From positions 512,001 through 576,000 of the forward strand of contig CAXXVZ010000005.1 in the NCBI GenBank assembly GCA_963678065.2: 64,000 nucleotides of DNA, written 5' to 3'. Both the position numbers and the translations under genes were made by a program. Below, piece after piece: positions 1-8,623 of this stretch. Within the stretch, counting starts at the first letter, position 1. Each line of letters starts with the position of its first letter. This stretch comes from Treponemataceae bacterium. Lineage in GTDB: Bacteria > Spirochaetota > Spirochaetia > Treponematales > Rectinemataceae. The notes under the pieces were generated by a model. That model ran no database searches, was not told the DNA's origin, and worked only from the letters and a program-made list of their open reading frames with translations.

Positions 1-1
1 A

Positions 2-604
2 AACCGCAGGGACCGCGTGCGCGACACCCTCCTCGCCCTCATAAAGGAGAACGGAAGACATCTCGTCACCGGATTCCTGGGCACGCCCTATCTTTGCCGC
101 GCCCTCTCCGACTCGGGCGCCCCCGAGGCCGCCTACGCCCTCCTCATGCGCGAGGACTACCCCTCCTGGCTCTATCAGGTCCGGAAAGGGGCCACGACGG
201 TCTGGGAACACTGGGACGGACTCAAGCCCGACGGTTCCATGTGGAGCCCCGACATGAACTCCTTCAATCACTACGCCTACGGCTCCATCGGCGAGTGGAT
301 GCACGCGACGGTGGCGGGGCTCGCACCCGATGAAGCCGCCCCGGGCTACAAGCGTATCCGCTTCGGGCCGAAACCCGGCGGCGGCCTCACGCGCGCCTCG
401 GCCTCCCTCATGACCGTCTACGGTCTCGCCTCTATCGCCTGGCGGATCGAGGATTCCACAATCCGGATCGAACTCGTCGTGCCGCACAACACCCGCGCGA
501 GCTTCGTCCCCCCCATCGCGGGCGAGGCACAGCGCGAGCTCGGCTCGGGCCGTCACTCCTTCGCCTATCCCTGGCCGCGGTCGGTCTCAGCGGAGCTTGT
601 GTAA
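2..604 (+). CDS. Alpha-L-rhamnosidase (GH78), C-terminal part; the gene begins before the window
   Basis: TGFLGT, YPSWLY, GATTVWEHW and MNSFNHYAYG are typical GH78 C-terminal motifs. The frame is open to the left edge. Confidence 0.85.
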   Translation, partial: NRRDRVRDTLLALIKENGRHLVTGFLGTPYLCRALSDSGAPEAAYALLMREDYPSWLYQVRKGATTVWEHWDGLKPDGSMWSPDMNSFNHYAYGSIGEWMHATVAGLAPDEAAPGYKRIRFGPKPGGGLTRASASLMTVYGLASIAWRIEDSTIRIELVVPHNTRASFVPPIAGEAQRELGSGRHSFAYPWPRSVSAELV

Positions 605-1393
605 AAGGGGAAGGAAAAGGCTCACGAAAACGACGGAGGCGAGGAAGGCGCCGAGGCTTCCCCACCAGGGGCCGATGACCGGAAAGAGCAGCCCCACCAT
701 CGTCGAGTAGACGATGATGTTCGCCGATGACAGGATGAGCACCTTGCCCGTCGCGCGGGCGAAGCCGATCCCCTGGCTCCGGACCAGAATGACCATGGTC
801 GACGAGAGGACGGCGGGGAATGTCGCGATGATGCCGGTGACGACGGGAGGAGCGATCTGGGCGATGCCGACCGCTCCGGAGACGACCGTGCCGGCGAACA
901 CCGCGCGCAGGACGAGGACCGGGAGCCTGAAAGAGGAAGGCTTCTTCGGAACGGCCCGGATTCCGAGGCCGAATTCCGCCACGAGGAAGGCGGCGACCGC
1001 GATCGCGAGATAGAGCGCGATGGATGCGCCCATGTTCCCCGCGAGGGCGGCCAGGAAGGGAAGCTTGATCGCGGCCGCGGCGCTCAGGGCCCACACGGCA
1101 AGCGCGAAAGGCAACGCGAAGCCAAGCCCGCGAGGCAGCGCGACGACAAGGGCGAGGAGAAAGAGCGTGTCGACGGCCATGCCCACCGGCACGGAAGCGG
1201 ATGCCGCGGCCGCGTAGTCCGTACCCCGGGTGATCGCCATGAAAATCATGCTGATCAGGATGTTGGAAGGAAGATTGCCGACGAGTCCTCCGAGCTTGGA
1301 GCCGAGCCGCTCGCTCGCGAGGGTCGAGAGGGCGATCCAGGAGCCCGCGATGACGAAGGAGAGGGCCAGTCTCATGACAAGGGTTGAGTCCAT
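587..1393 (-). CDS. Multi-pass membrane protein (DUF3147-like, two similar halves)
   Basis: 268 aa with about 8 hydrophobic segments. GGLVGNLP and TGIIATFP mark the two repeated halves. TATAAT lies 7 nt before the ATG. Confidence 0.6.
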   Translation of the reverse strand: MDSTLVMRLALSFVIAGSWIALSTLASERLGSKLGGLVGNLPSNILISMIFMAITRGTDYAAAASASVPVGMAVDTLFLLALVVALPRGLGFALPFALAVWALSAAAAIKLPFLAALAGNMGASIALYLAIAVAAFLVAEFGLGIRAVPKKPSSFRLPVLVLRAVFAGTVVSGAVGIAQIAPPVVTGIIATFPAVLSSTMVILVRSQGIGFARATGKVLILSSANIIVYSTMVGLLFPVIGPWWGSLGAFLASVVFVSLFLPLLHKLR

Positions 1394-1633
1394 GCGGGCG
1401 ATTATATGCGGCGGACCGCCGCGACACCATAATGCTTCGGTTAGATTTTTCGATGAGGCAATACGTAATGTGCGTTCCCGAACACCTCAGGAAAGTACGG
1501 CGGAGCCCAAAGAATTTGTCCTTTCGCGGAATCCGGCGTCCGAAATCGATAAAAATCGGGACTCGCGCGCATAATTATTCTTTCCATAGAAACATAAAGA
1601 CATTTTCAGCCTTTTATGCTAGATTATCACCGT

Positions 1634-2041
1634 ATGGAAAGCGATCCCGAACTGGTGACGACTAGCATCGGCGAAATGTCCCTCGCCCTGTCTGGCGCCG
1701 AACCCGAAGAAATAACCGAATTCCTCTACAGCCTCTTCACTCCGGCCGAAGCGGACGAAATCGCCAAACGCTGGGCTCTCGTGAAGGCCCTCGCCCAGGG
1801 GACACCCCAGCGGCAGATCGCCCAGAACCTCGGCCTTTCCCTGTGCAAGATCACCCGTGGGTCGCGCGAACTCAAGAAAGAACATTCCGCCTTCCGCCTC
1901 ATGCTCCTCAGAGCCGGAGTCCCGCTCGGCGCGGAGACTTCCGCGCGGCGCCGCAAGATGAAAACCTCGCAGGCTCCGGCCGGCGAGGTTTCCAGGCAGC
2001 GGGACCGGGCAGAGCCCGAGGGCATCGCGAAGCGGCCCTGA
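1634..2041 (+). CDS. Trp-repressor/YerC-YecD family HTH regulator
   Basis: LFTPAE...KRW...QRQIAQNLGLSLCKITRGSRELK matches the TrpR-family HTH. I prefer the ATG at 1634 over 1616. Confidence 0.8.
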   Translation: MESDPELVTTSIGEMSLALSGAEPEEITEFLYSLFTPAEADEIAKRWALVKALAQGTPQRQIAQNLGLSLCKITRGSRELKKEHSAFRLMLLRAGVPLGAETSARRRKMKTSQAPAGEVSRQRDRAEPEGIAKRP

Positions 2042-2048
2042 GGCATCC

Positions 2049-2552
2049 TCAGGCGACGACACTCGCCGCGATGATGACGATGTCCGTCGTCGGAACATCG
2101 GAGTGGGGAGGCCTGCGGCCCGTCTTCACGGCAGCCATCGCGTCGACGACTTCCATTCCCTCGGTCACCTTCGCGAAGACGCAGTAGCCAGCTCCGGGGC
2201 CGGGGCCGCGGAAGTCGAGGCTCGCGTTGTCGACGAGGTTGATGAAGAACTGGCTGGTCGCGCTGTCGGGCGCCATGGTGCGGGCCATGGAGAGGGTTCC
2301 GCGACTGTTCTTCGGGGCCTTCGCCGCTTCGTTCACGATAGGCGCCTTCGTCTTTTTCTGGTCCATGCCGGGGACGAAACCGCCGCCCTGCACCACGAAG
2401 CCGGGGATCACCCGGTGAAAAATCGTTCCGTCGTAGAAGCCCGAGCGCACATAATCCACGAAATTCGCCGCCGTCACGGGGCAGGCGTCATCGAGCACGT
2501 CGAGCATGATATCGCCGAGATTGGTGTTGAACTTCACCTTTGTAGTGGCCAT
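2049..2552 (-). CDS. Cyclophilin-type peptidyl-prolyl cis-trans isomerase
   Basis: FYDGTIFHRVIPGFVVQGGG, SMART and SATSQFFIN motifs. ATG at 2552 follows GGAGGA. Confidence 0.95.
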   Translation of the reverse strand: MATTKVKFNTNLGDIMLDVLDDACPVTAANFVDYVRSGFYDGTIFHRVIPGFVVQGGGFVPGMDQKKTKAPIVNEAAKAPKNSRGTLSMARTMAPDSATSQFFINLVDNASLDFRGPGPGAGYCVFAKVTEGMEVVDAMAAVKTGRRPPHSDVPTTDIVIIAASVVA

Positions 2553-2739
2553 CGATTCCTCCGCAGGTTTTTGCGCGCCGCCGGGGAGCGGCCATTCCCG
2601 GTTCCCCTGCTTTTCGCGCGTGAGGGCAAGCCTACACGGCCCCGAGGGCTTTGGACAAGTACGCGCGCTTCGACATGGCTGAAGCGCAGGGCCGAGGTGC
2701 CCTTGCCATCTCCTCATCCGGGCCGGTATTGTCGTATGT

Positions 2740-3312
2740 ATGGAAATCCCGCTCGTATTGTCGGTCGACAAGAACGGCCGCCTCGTCTATACGATCCCGA
2801 TCTGGTACCGCATCGCTCTCGCAGGCATCCTCGCCGTCGTCGGCGTCTCGGTGTTCGTCGCCGGGGGCGATCCCGGCATCGGCTCCTGGATCATCGGCGC
2901 GGTGCTCGTTCTGGGCATACTCTACGAGGAGAGATGGACAGCCGACCCCGCCGCGAAACGCATCAGACACGCCTCGGGGCTCCTCGTCGCCGCGCGCAGC
3001 CTCGACATACCCTTCGACCAGATCGAGAGCTTCGCGCTCTCCGCCCTCATTCGGGGAAGCATCCCCGGAGGCGAGGAAGAAAAAACGGAAACCCGGGCGG
3101 CCTTCGCGGCGCTGAACGGCGAAACCGACTCGAGGGACATGAAGCCCATGGACAGGCTGTTCAGGAAGAAGGCCTTCATCAACCTCGTCATCAAATCGAC
3201 GGACGGCACGGTCTACCTCATGAACGCCACGCCCGCGCGCCGGGCGGCCTCATTGCGCGAGGCGGGCCGCCGTTACGCGGAGATCTGCGGAAAACCTTTC
3301 ATCGAGGGATGA
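2740..3312 (+). CDS. Hypothetical membrane protein (2 TM plus soluble domain)
   Basis: 190 aa with two N-terminal hydrophobic helices and a -10-like hexamer 7 nt upstream. Confidence 0.6.
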   Translation: MEIPLVLSVDKNGRLVYTIPIWYRIALAGILAVVGVSVFVAGGDPGIGSWIIGAVLVLGILYEERWTADPAAKRIRHASGLLVAARSLDIPFDQIESFALSALIRGSIPGGEEEKTETRAAFAALNGETDSRDMKPMDRLFRKKAFINLVIKSTDGTVYLMNATPARRAASLREAGRRYAEICGKPFIEG

Positions 3313-3385
3313 GTTTCCGGCCCGTCGGGGCTCCGGCCGGACAGCGACCGGAAACCGACCCGAAGCCGGCACACCCGCAGAGGCT

Positions 3386-4153
3386 CTAAAGTCCGGCACT
3401 GAACTCCGGATGTTCCCGGTCGACAAAGCCCAGGCTCACCGCCGCGCCGAGTCTGTCCCGGAGGATGGCGGCCAGCTCATCCCTCGCGGCGAGAACCTCG
3501 TCTGAATTGAAGCCCGCGAAACCGTCGATGGGCACGAAGACATCCTGAGTCGATTCCGTTATCTTGCCGAGCTCGCTCTGCCGCCACATCCAGCGGCGGG
3601 TGCGCACCAGAGGGCCGCTCGCGTAGACGACTTCGCCCGGCCCGAAGGCAGTCCCGGAGGCGGCGATCTCGGCTTCCAGGGCGCCGAAGGGCCTGAACCT
3701 GTCTCCCTCGGCGGCGCAGCGGATTTCCACGAGCGGGGCCGCGTCCCTGAAACCTCCGGCGCCCGCCTCGCCCGCTCCGTGGGCGCCGATGTCGTGGGCG
3801 CCTATCGGCAGGAAATGCCGCACCGAAACGGCGTTTCCCGCGTCCACGACGGAGTTGATGGAGGGCAGCGCCCCCGTTTTCTGGATGCGGGAGAGCAGTG
3901 CCTCTATCGAGCACATGTACTTGTTGGGATTGATTCCGAATTTGGTGAAAGCCTCGCGGTAGGGCAGAACCTTCGCGTGCTCCTTGACCTTGCCGGAGAG
4001 GAGAGGCAGGGCCGCTCCAATGCCTTCGGCGAGGAGGCTGGCGATGCCGCTCTCCTCAGGACTCTTCGTGTTGCCGATCCCCCGGGCAACGATCACCCCG
4101 ACGACAAACTCGGGGACTTTCGCGAATATTTCGTCCCGGATTCTGAAAATCAT
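3386..4153 (-). CDS. Stand-alone B3/B4 (PheRS beta editing-like) domain protein
   Basis: YREAFTKFGINPNKYMCSIEALL, LPSINSVVD.GN.VS and RRWMWRQ motifs. Last gene of the ior operon. Confidence 0.85.
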   Translation of the reverse strand: MIFRIRDEIFAKVPEFVVGVIVARGIGNTKSPEESGIASLLAEGIGAALPLLSGKVKEHAKVLPYREAFTKFGINPNKYMCSIEALLSRIQKTGALPSINSVVDAGNAVSVRHFLPIGAHDIGAHGAGEAGAGGFRDAAPLVEIRCAAEGDRFRPFGALEAEIAASGTAFGPGEVVYASGPLVRTRRWMWRQSELGKITESTQDVFVPIDGFAGFNSDEVLAARDELAAILRDRLGAAVSLGFVDREHPEFSAGL

Positions 4154-4182
4154 GCTGTACTCCTTGCGCCCGCCGTTTCGCG

Positions 4183-5274
4183 CTAGAGTACAGCGTCCAG
4201 GACTTCGAGAAAATACCCCGTCTGATCCAGGGTGCCCGAACTTACCCTGATCCAGTCGTTCCAGCCCCAGAGGGCGCCCGGCCTCGTGATGACCCCGCGC
4301 CGCATGAGGATATCGAAGATCTCCCGCGAATCCCGCTTCAGGTTGACGAAGACGAAATTGGCCCGTGACTCGATGTATTCGAGGCCTTTCTTCCGGAAAT
4401 ACTCCGTCATCATCCCGATGGATTCGGCGTTGAGCTCCAGCGTGCGGCTGAGGTGATCTGAGTCCGACATCGAGGCCAGGGCAGCGGCCTGAGCGAGCCG
4501 GTTGGTCATGAAGGTGCCACGGATCTTCAGCATTTCCTCAGCGATTTCCTTCGAGGTCAGGCCGTAGGCGACGCGGATTCCCGCGATTCCGGCCACCTTG
4601 GAGTAGGTCCGGAGAATCATCGTGTTCGGTCGGGCGCGCAGGACGGCCAGAGAATCAGGGTAATCGGGATCATCTTTCGCGTACTCGTAGTAGGCCTCGT
4701 CGATGAAGAGGACAACATGGGCGGGGAGCCTCGCCACGAATGCGTCGAAGGCGGCTTTCGGCATGATGTTGCCCGTCGGGTTGTTCGGATTGCAGACATA
4801 GACGAGCTTGGTCCGCGGACCGATGGCCGCGAGCATCGCGTCGAAATCGTGGCAGTAGCCTTTGAGCGGCACGATCACGGGCTTTCCGCCCATCAGCGTG
4901 ACCGTCGAGGCGTAGAGGTCGAAGGAAGGATAGGGCATCACGGCCTCGTCGCCGCCGTTTATGAAGGTCTGGGCGGTGATCTGGAGGAGGTGTTCTCCGC
5001 CGTTCGTCACGACGACATTCTCGACGCCAAACCCGCAGCGGGCGGCTATGGCCTCGCGCAGCTCGAGGGCGGAAGAGTCCGGATACAGGTGGACGCGGAC
5101 GATCTCCCTGATCATCGCCTCGACGGCGAGAGGAGAGGGACCGAGGGGGTTTTCGTTCGAGGCGAGCTTTTCGATGCGCTCGAGGCCCAGCTCACGCTTC
5201 ACTTCCTCGATCGGCTTGCCCGGCGAATACGGTTTGACGAGGGCCAGTTCTTTTCTGAATATGCCGTTGCTCAT
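4183..5274 (-). CDS. hisC: Histidinol-phosphate/aromatic aminotransferase (class II PLP)
   Basis: KLASNENP, CNPNNPTG, DEAY and RTYSK.AGIAGIRV motifs. AAGGAG lies 8 nt before ATG 5274. Confidence 0.85.
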   Translation of the reverse strand: MSNGIFRKELALVKPYSPGKPIEEVKRELGLERIEKLASNENPLGPSPLAVEAMIREIVRVHLYPDSSALELREAIAARCGFGVENVVVTNGGEHLLQITAQTFINGGDEAVMPYPSFDLYASTVTLMGGKPVIVPLKGYCHDFDAMLAAIGPRTKLVYVCNPNNPTGNIMPKAAFDAFVARLPAHVVLFIDEAYYEYAKDDPDYPDSLAVLRARPNTMILRTYSKVAGIAGIRVAYGLTSKEIAEEMLKIRGTFMTNRLAQAAALASMSDSDHLSRTLELNAESIGMMTEYFRKKGLEYIESRANFVFVNLKRDSREIFDILMRRGVITRPGALWGWNDWIRVSSGTLDQTGYFLEVLDAVL

Positions 5275-5328
5275 CCATTCCACTCCTTGGACTCTGATCT
5301 CCGGTCGACCTCGGCTTCGCAGACTATC

Positions 5329-6387
5329 TCAGCCGAGATCGTACTCGTGGGCCCTCTCCTCGCCTCGCAGGACGCGCAGGGCACCCTGGGCGAGGGATTC
5401 GAGCTCGTTTTCTCCGGGCAGGATTTCCACGGGGGCGATGAACTCGACCCGCTTGCGTATCCATCCCACGAAACTGTCGAGGTAAGCCATGCCTCCGGTT
5501 ATCACGATGCTGTCGACCGCGCCGTCGACCACGGTGGCGAGTTCTCCGATGGCCTTCGCGATCTGGTAGGCCATGGCCTCGAACACGAGCTTCGCTTTCC
5601 CGTCTCCAGCCGCGACCATGGCGTCGACCGCGCGCGCGTCGTTCGTCCCGAGGAGAGCGACAAGTCCGCCCTTGCCCCGGAGCTTCTTCATCATGGTCTG
5701 TTTGTCGTGGACATAGCACAGCGAGACGAGGTCTTTGCCGGGGACGCGGCCCGCCCTCTCGGGGGAGAAAGGCCCCTCGTCGTCAGAGGAGATGTCTATC
5801 ATTCTCCCTCCGGAGTGCACGGAGACCGAGGTCCCGCTGCCCAGGTGGGCGACGATGATGTTCATGTCCGCGTAGGGCCTGCCCGCGGCGGCCGCGCTGC
5901 GGATGGCCGCTGCGCGCATGTTGAGGGCGTGGGAGAAGCTCTTGCGGCTCACCTCCGGCATGCCTGTGATCCTGGCTATGTCCTCCAGCTCGTCCACGGC
6001 CACCGAGTCGTAGATGAAGGAGGGAATGCCGAGCGGCTCCGCGAGCTGCCAGGCGATGACAGCGCCGAGGTTGGATGCGTGCTCCACGACGGGCCTGTGG
6101 AGAAGTCTGTCCACCATGGACTCGTTGACGCGGTAGGCCCCGGACTTCACTGGCGGGAGGAGTCCTCCGCGCCCGACGACAGCCGCAAGCTCCGAGGAGT
6201 CCACGCCAGCCGCGGCCAGGGCCTCGCGCACGGCTTCGAAGCGCATGCGGTACTGCTCGCCGATGGTCGCGAATTCTTCGAGCGCGGCGGCCGGATGCTC
6301 CACCGAAGTCTTGAACACGAGTCTGTCGTCGTCGTAGAGGGCTATTTTCGTCGACGTAGAACCGGGGTTGATGGCGAGTACTTTCAT
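5329..6387 (-). CDS. buk: Butyrate/branched-chain carboxylate kinase
   Basis: INPGSTSTK, GRGGLL, HASNLG, HALN, AHLGSG and PGENE motifs. The true start MKVLAIN is at 6387 and overlaps the upstream stop. Confidence 0.92.
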   Translation of the reverse strand: MKVLAINPGSTSTKIALYDDDRLVFKTSVEHPAAALEEFATIGEQYRMRFEAVREALAAAGVDSSELAAVVGRGGLLPPVKSGAYRVNESMVDRLLHRPVVEHASNLGAVIAWQLAEPLGIPSFIYDSVAVDELEDIARITGMPEVSRKSFSHALNMRAAAIRSAAAAGRPYADMNIIVAHLGSGTSVSVHSGGRMIDISSDDEGPFSPERAGRVPGKDLVSLCYVHDKQTMMKKLRGKGGLVALLGTNDARAVDAMVAAGDGKAKLVFEAMAYQIAKAIGELATVVDGAVDSIVITGGMAYLDSFVGWIRKRVEFIAPVEILPGENELESLAQGALRVLRGEERAHEYDLG

Positions 6388-7088
6388 TGCGCTCTCCTTG
6401 GGGCGGAGCTGGCGGCGGAAGGCCGCGACTTCTTCTTGGCGAAGGCGAGGATGGCGCCAAGGGCTATGGAGAGGAAGGCGGCGGCGAGGACGCGGTACTC
6501 GGGCGGCAGGAGAAACGTGAGGGTGTGGGCGGGTATCCAGAACAGCGGGATGGTTTTGAACAGCACAAAGCCGACGAAGCCCTTCCAGTCGATCCGCGCC
6601 ACGATCCCGGCGACGCCGACCCGGGCGCCCGGCCTCTCGGATTTCAGGTCGATGATGGTATCGGTGAAACGGTGGGCCAGCATCATGGTCGGCGCGAAGG
6701 TCGTGTTCATCGTCGCGCTCACGAAGAAGGCGAAGAGAAACTTCGAATCCCTGCCGGGCAGAAGCCCTTTGGCCATCGCGCTTCTGACGCCGGAGCCAAA
6801 GATTTCGAAGACGAGGACGATGGCGACGCCGAGGAGTCCCCAGACGAGGGCGCGCCAGGCCAAGCCTTTCGGCCTCGCCCAGCTCCCCGAAACGATGCGG
6901 AGGGCGAGGAGCTCTCCCATCGTCGCGAGGACGAAGAATTTTGCGAAGGCGACGAGGTAGGGATGGGCGGCCGTCGCCGCCACGAAGAGTCCGCGGGTCG
7001 CGGGGGCGAGAAGGAAGGCCGCCACTGCGGCGATGACGGCGGCCCAGAGGAGGTCCCGCCAAAAGTTGCCGCAAAGCGCCCTGTTCAC
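6384..7088 (-). CDS. Membrane protein, Mpv17/PMP22-like
   Basis: Hydrophobic protein with C-terminal KTIPLFWIPAHTLTFLLPPEYRVL. The GTG start overlaps the ptb stop. Confidence 0.65.
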   Translation of the reverse strand: MNRALCGNFWRDLLWAAVIAAVAAFLLAPATRGLFVAATAAHPYLVAFAKFFVLATMGELLALRIVSGSWARPKGLAWRALVWGLLGVAIVLVFEIFGSGVRSAMAKGLLPGRDSKFLFAFFVSATMNTTFAPTMMLAHRFTDTIIDLKSERPGARVGVAGIVARIDWKGFVGFVLFKTIPLFWIPAHTLTFLLPPEYRVLAAAFLSIALGAILAFAKKKSRPSAASSAPRRAQ

Positions 7089-8017
7089 ATCGACACCGCC
7101 GCGGCGAGGGCCAGGGAGAGGTACTTCTCCTCGGCCGAGGCCCCCCGCGAGGTCAGCACGACGGGGGCGGCCGCGCCGACGACTATGCCCGCCATGCGGG
7201 CGCCCGCGGAATACACGAGGCACTTGCCGAGGATGTTGCCGGCAGTGATGTTCGGCACGACGAATATGTCGGCCACTCCTGCGACCGGGCTCGAGTAGCC
7301 CTTCAGCTTCGCGGATTCGGCGTTCACGGCGAGGTCGTAGGCGATCGGCCCTTCCACCACGCAGCCGGCAATCTCGCCCGCGAGGTTCATGCGCTTGAGC
7401 GCGGCCGCGTCCACCGTCTCGGGCATCTTCTCGTTCACCGTCTCGACGGCGGCGAGGACCGCGACCTTCGGGTTTTCATACCCGAGTCTGCGAAGGGTGG
7501 CGACGGCGTTCTCGATTATCTGCTTTTTCTGCGCGAGGTCGGGATACAGGAGCATGCCGCCGTCCGTGGCGACCACGAACCTATCCCGGCCGGGAACCCC
7601 GAAAAAGGCGAGGTGGGACATGACACTTCCCGTGCGCAGCCCCGACTCCCTGTCGACGACAGCCCGGAGGAGTTCAGCCGTCTGGAGCTTGCCTTTCATG
7701 AGAAAATCCGCCCTCCCCTCCCGCACGAGCCCGACGCCCGCCGCCGCGGAGGCGGCCTCGTCTTCCGTTTCCACGATCGTCAACGAGGATGCATTGTCGG
7801 GCTGCGCGCCGGGAAGGCCCGCCTGGGCAAGCTTTCCTATCGAGGCCTCGATGAGCGCCCTCTTCCCCACGAGAATCGGCTCGACGAGGCCGTCGGCCCT
7901 GGCGGCGAGCACTGCCTCCAGGGCGTGTTCGTCCTGAGCCTCGACGAGAGCGACCCTGCGGAGCCTGCCCGCCCCCTTCACGCTCGCGACAAGTGTTTCG
8001 AAGTTGGAGAGTTCCAT
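7085..8017 (-). CDS. ptb: Phosphate butyryltransferase-type acyltransferase
   Basis: ADFLMKG, TDGGM..YPDL, AAVETVN, VEGP, GNILGK and LTSRG motifs. Confidence 0.9.
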   Translation of the reverse strand: MELSNFETLVASVKGAGRLRRVALVEAQDEHALEAVLAARADGLVEPILVGKRALIEASIGKLAQAGLPGAQPDNASSLTIVETEDEAASAAAGVGLVREGRADFLMKGKLQTAELLRAVVDRESGLRTGSVMSHLAFFGVPGRDRFVVATDGGMLLYPDLAQKKQIIENAVATLRRLGYENPKVAVLAAVETVNEKMPETVDAAALKRMNLAGEIAGCVVEGPIAYDLAVNAESAKLKGYSSPVAGVADIFVVPNITAGNILGKCLVYSAGARMAGIVVGAAAPVVLTSRGASAEEKYLSLALAAAVSM

Positions 8018-8029
8018 GCGGCCTCCCGC

Positions 8030-8623
8030 TCAACTCGCCACAGCCGCGGCGCCCGCCCCGAAGGCGGCGATGTTGAGCTCGACGAAGGCCGGCTTCACGC
8101 TCGCCCGGATCTTTTCCTTCCAGTCTATCGGCGCGAGGGCGCCCGAGGACTCGAGCGCTCCGACGAGGGCCCCGAGGAGAACGATGTTCATGGACCTGAC
8201 GCTCCCGAGTCCCAACGCGATTCCGGCCGCGTCGATCACCGTCGTATCGGCCACCGCCTTCACTTTTTCGAGCACGTCGGCGGGGTAGGGAACGTTTCCG
8301 GACAGGATGGGCGAGGAGGGAATGCGGTAGTTGTTGACAATGACCTTTCCGCCCGGCTTGAGGAAATCGAGCCAGCGGAGCGCTTCCATAGCCTCGAAGG
8401 CGACGAGGATGTCGGCCTCTCCCCTGCCGATGATGGGGGAGAATACCTGACTGCCGAAACGGACCTGGGAGGAGACCGCGCCGCCGCGCTGGGACATCCC
8501 GTGAACCTCGGCCATCTTGACGTCGTAGCCGGCCTCGAGGAGGCCGGTCGACAGGATCTTGCTGGCGAGGATCGTTCCCTGACCGCCCACGCCGACCAAA
8601 AGGACGCTCTTCGTGTCACTCAT
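8030..8623 (-). CDS. iorB: Indolepyruvate:ferredoxin oxidoreductase beta subunit
   Basis: GVGGQG, EVHGMSQRGG and NIVLLG motifs; coupled to iorA. Confidence 0.92.
   Translation of the reverse strand: MSDTKSVLLVGVGGQGTILASKILSTGLLEAGYDVKMAEVHGMSQRGGAVSSQVRFGSQVFSPIIGRGEADILVAFEAMEALRWLDFLKPGGKVIVNNYRIPSSPILSGNVPYPADVLEKVKAVADTTVIDAAGIALGLGSVRSMNIVLLGALVGALESSGALAPIDWKEKIRASVKPAFVELNIAAFGAGAAAVAS

Noticed and set aside
1634..2041. TrpR-like protein as regulator of the ior operon
   Set aside because: No Trp-box-like operator was seen and the operon has a sigma54 promoter; proximity alone is not enough.
4717..6960. 747-aa plus-strand ORF
   Set aside because: It is the antisense shadow of hisC, buk and the membrane gene in high-GC DNA and has no motifs of its own.
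5329..7074. Long N-terminal extensions in the ORF track (buk, ppi, iorA, sbcC, MNT, sugar SBP, transketolases)
   Set aside because: The extensions overlap neighbouring genes or promoters. Internal starts with an RBS or stop-start overlaps fit the family lengths better.
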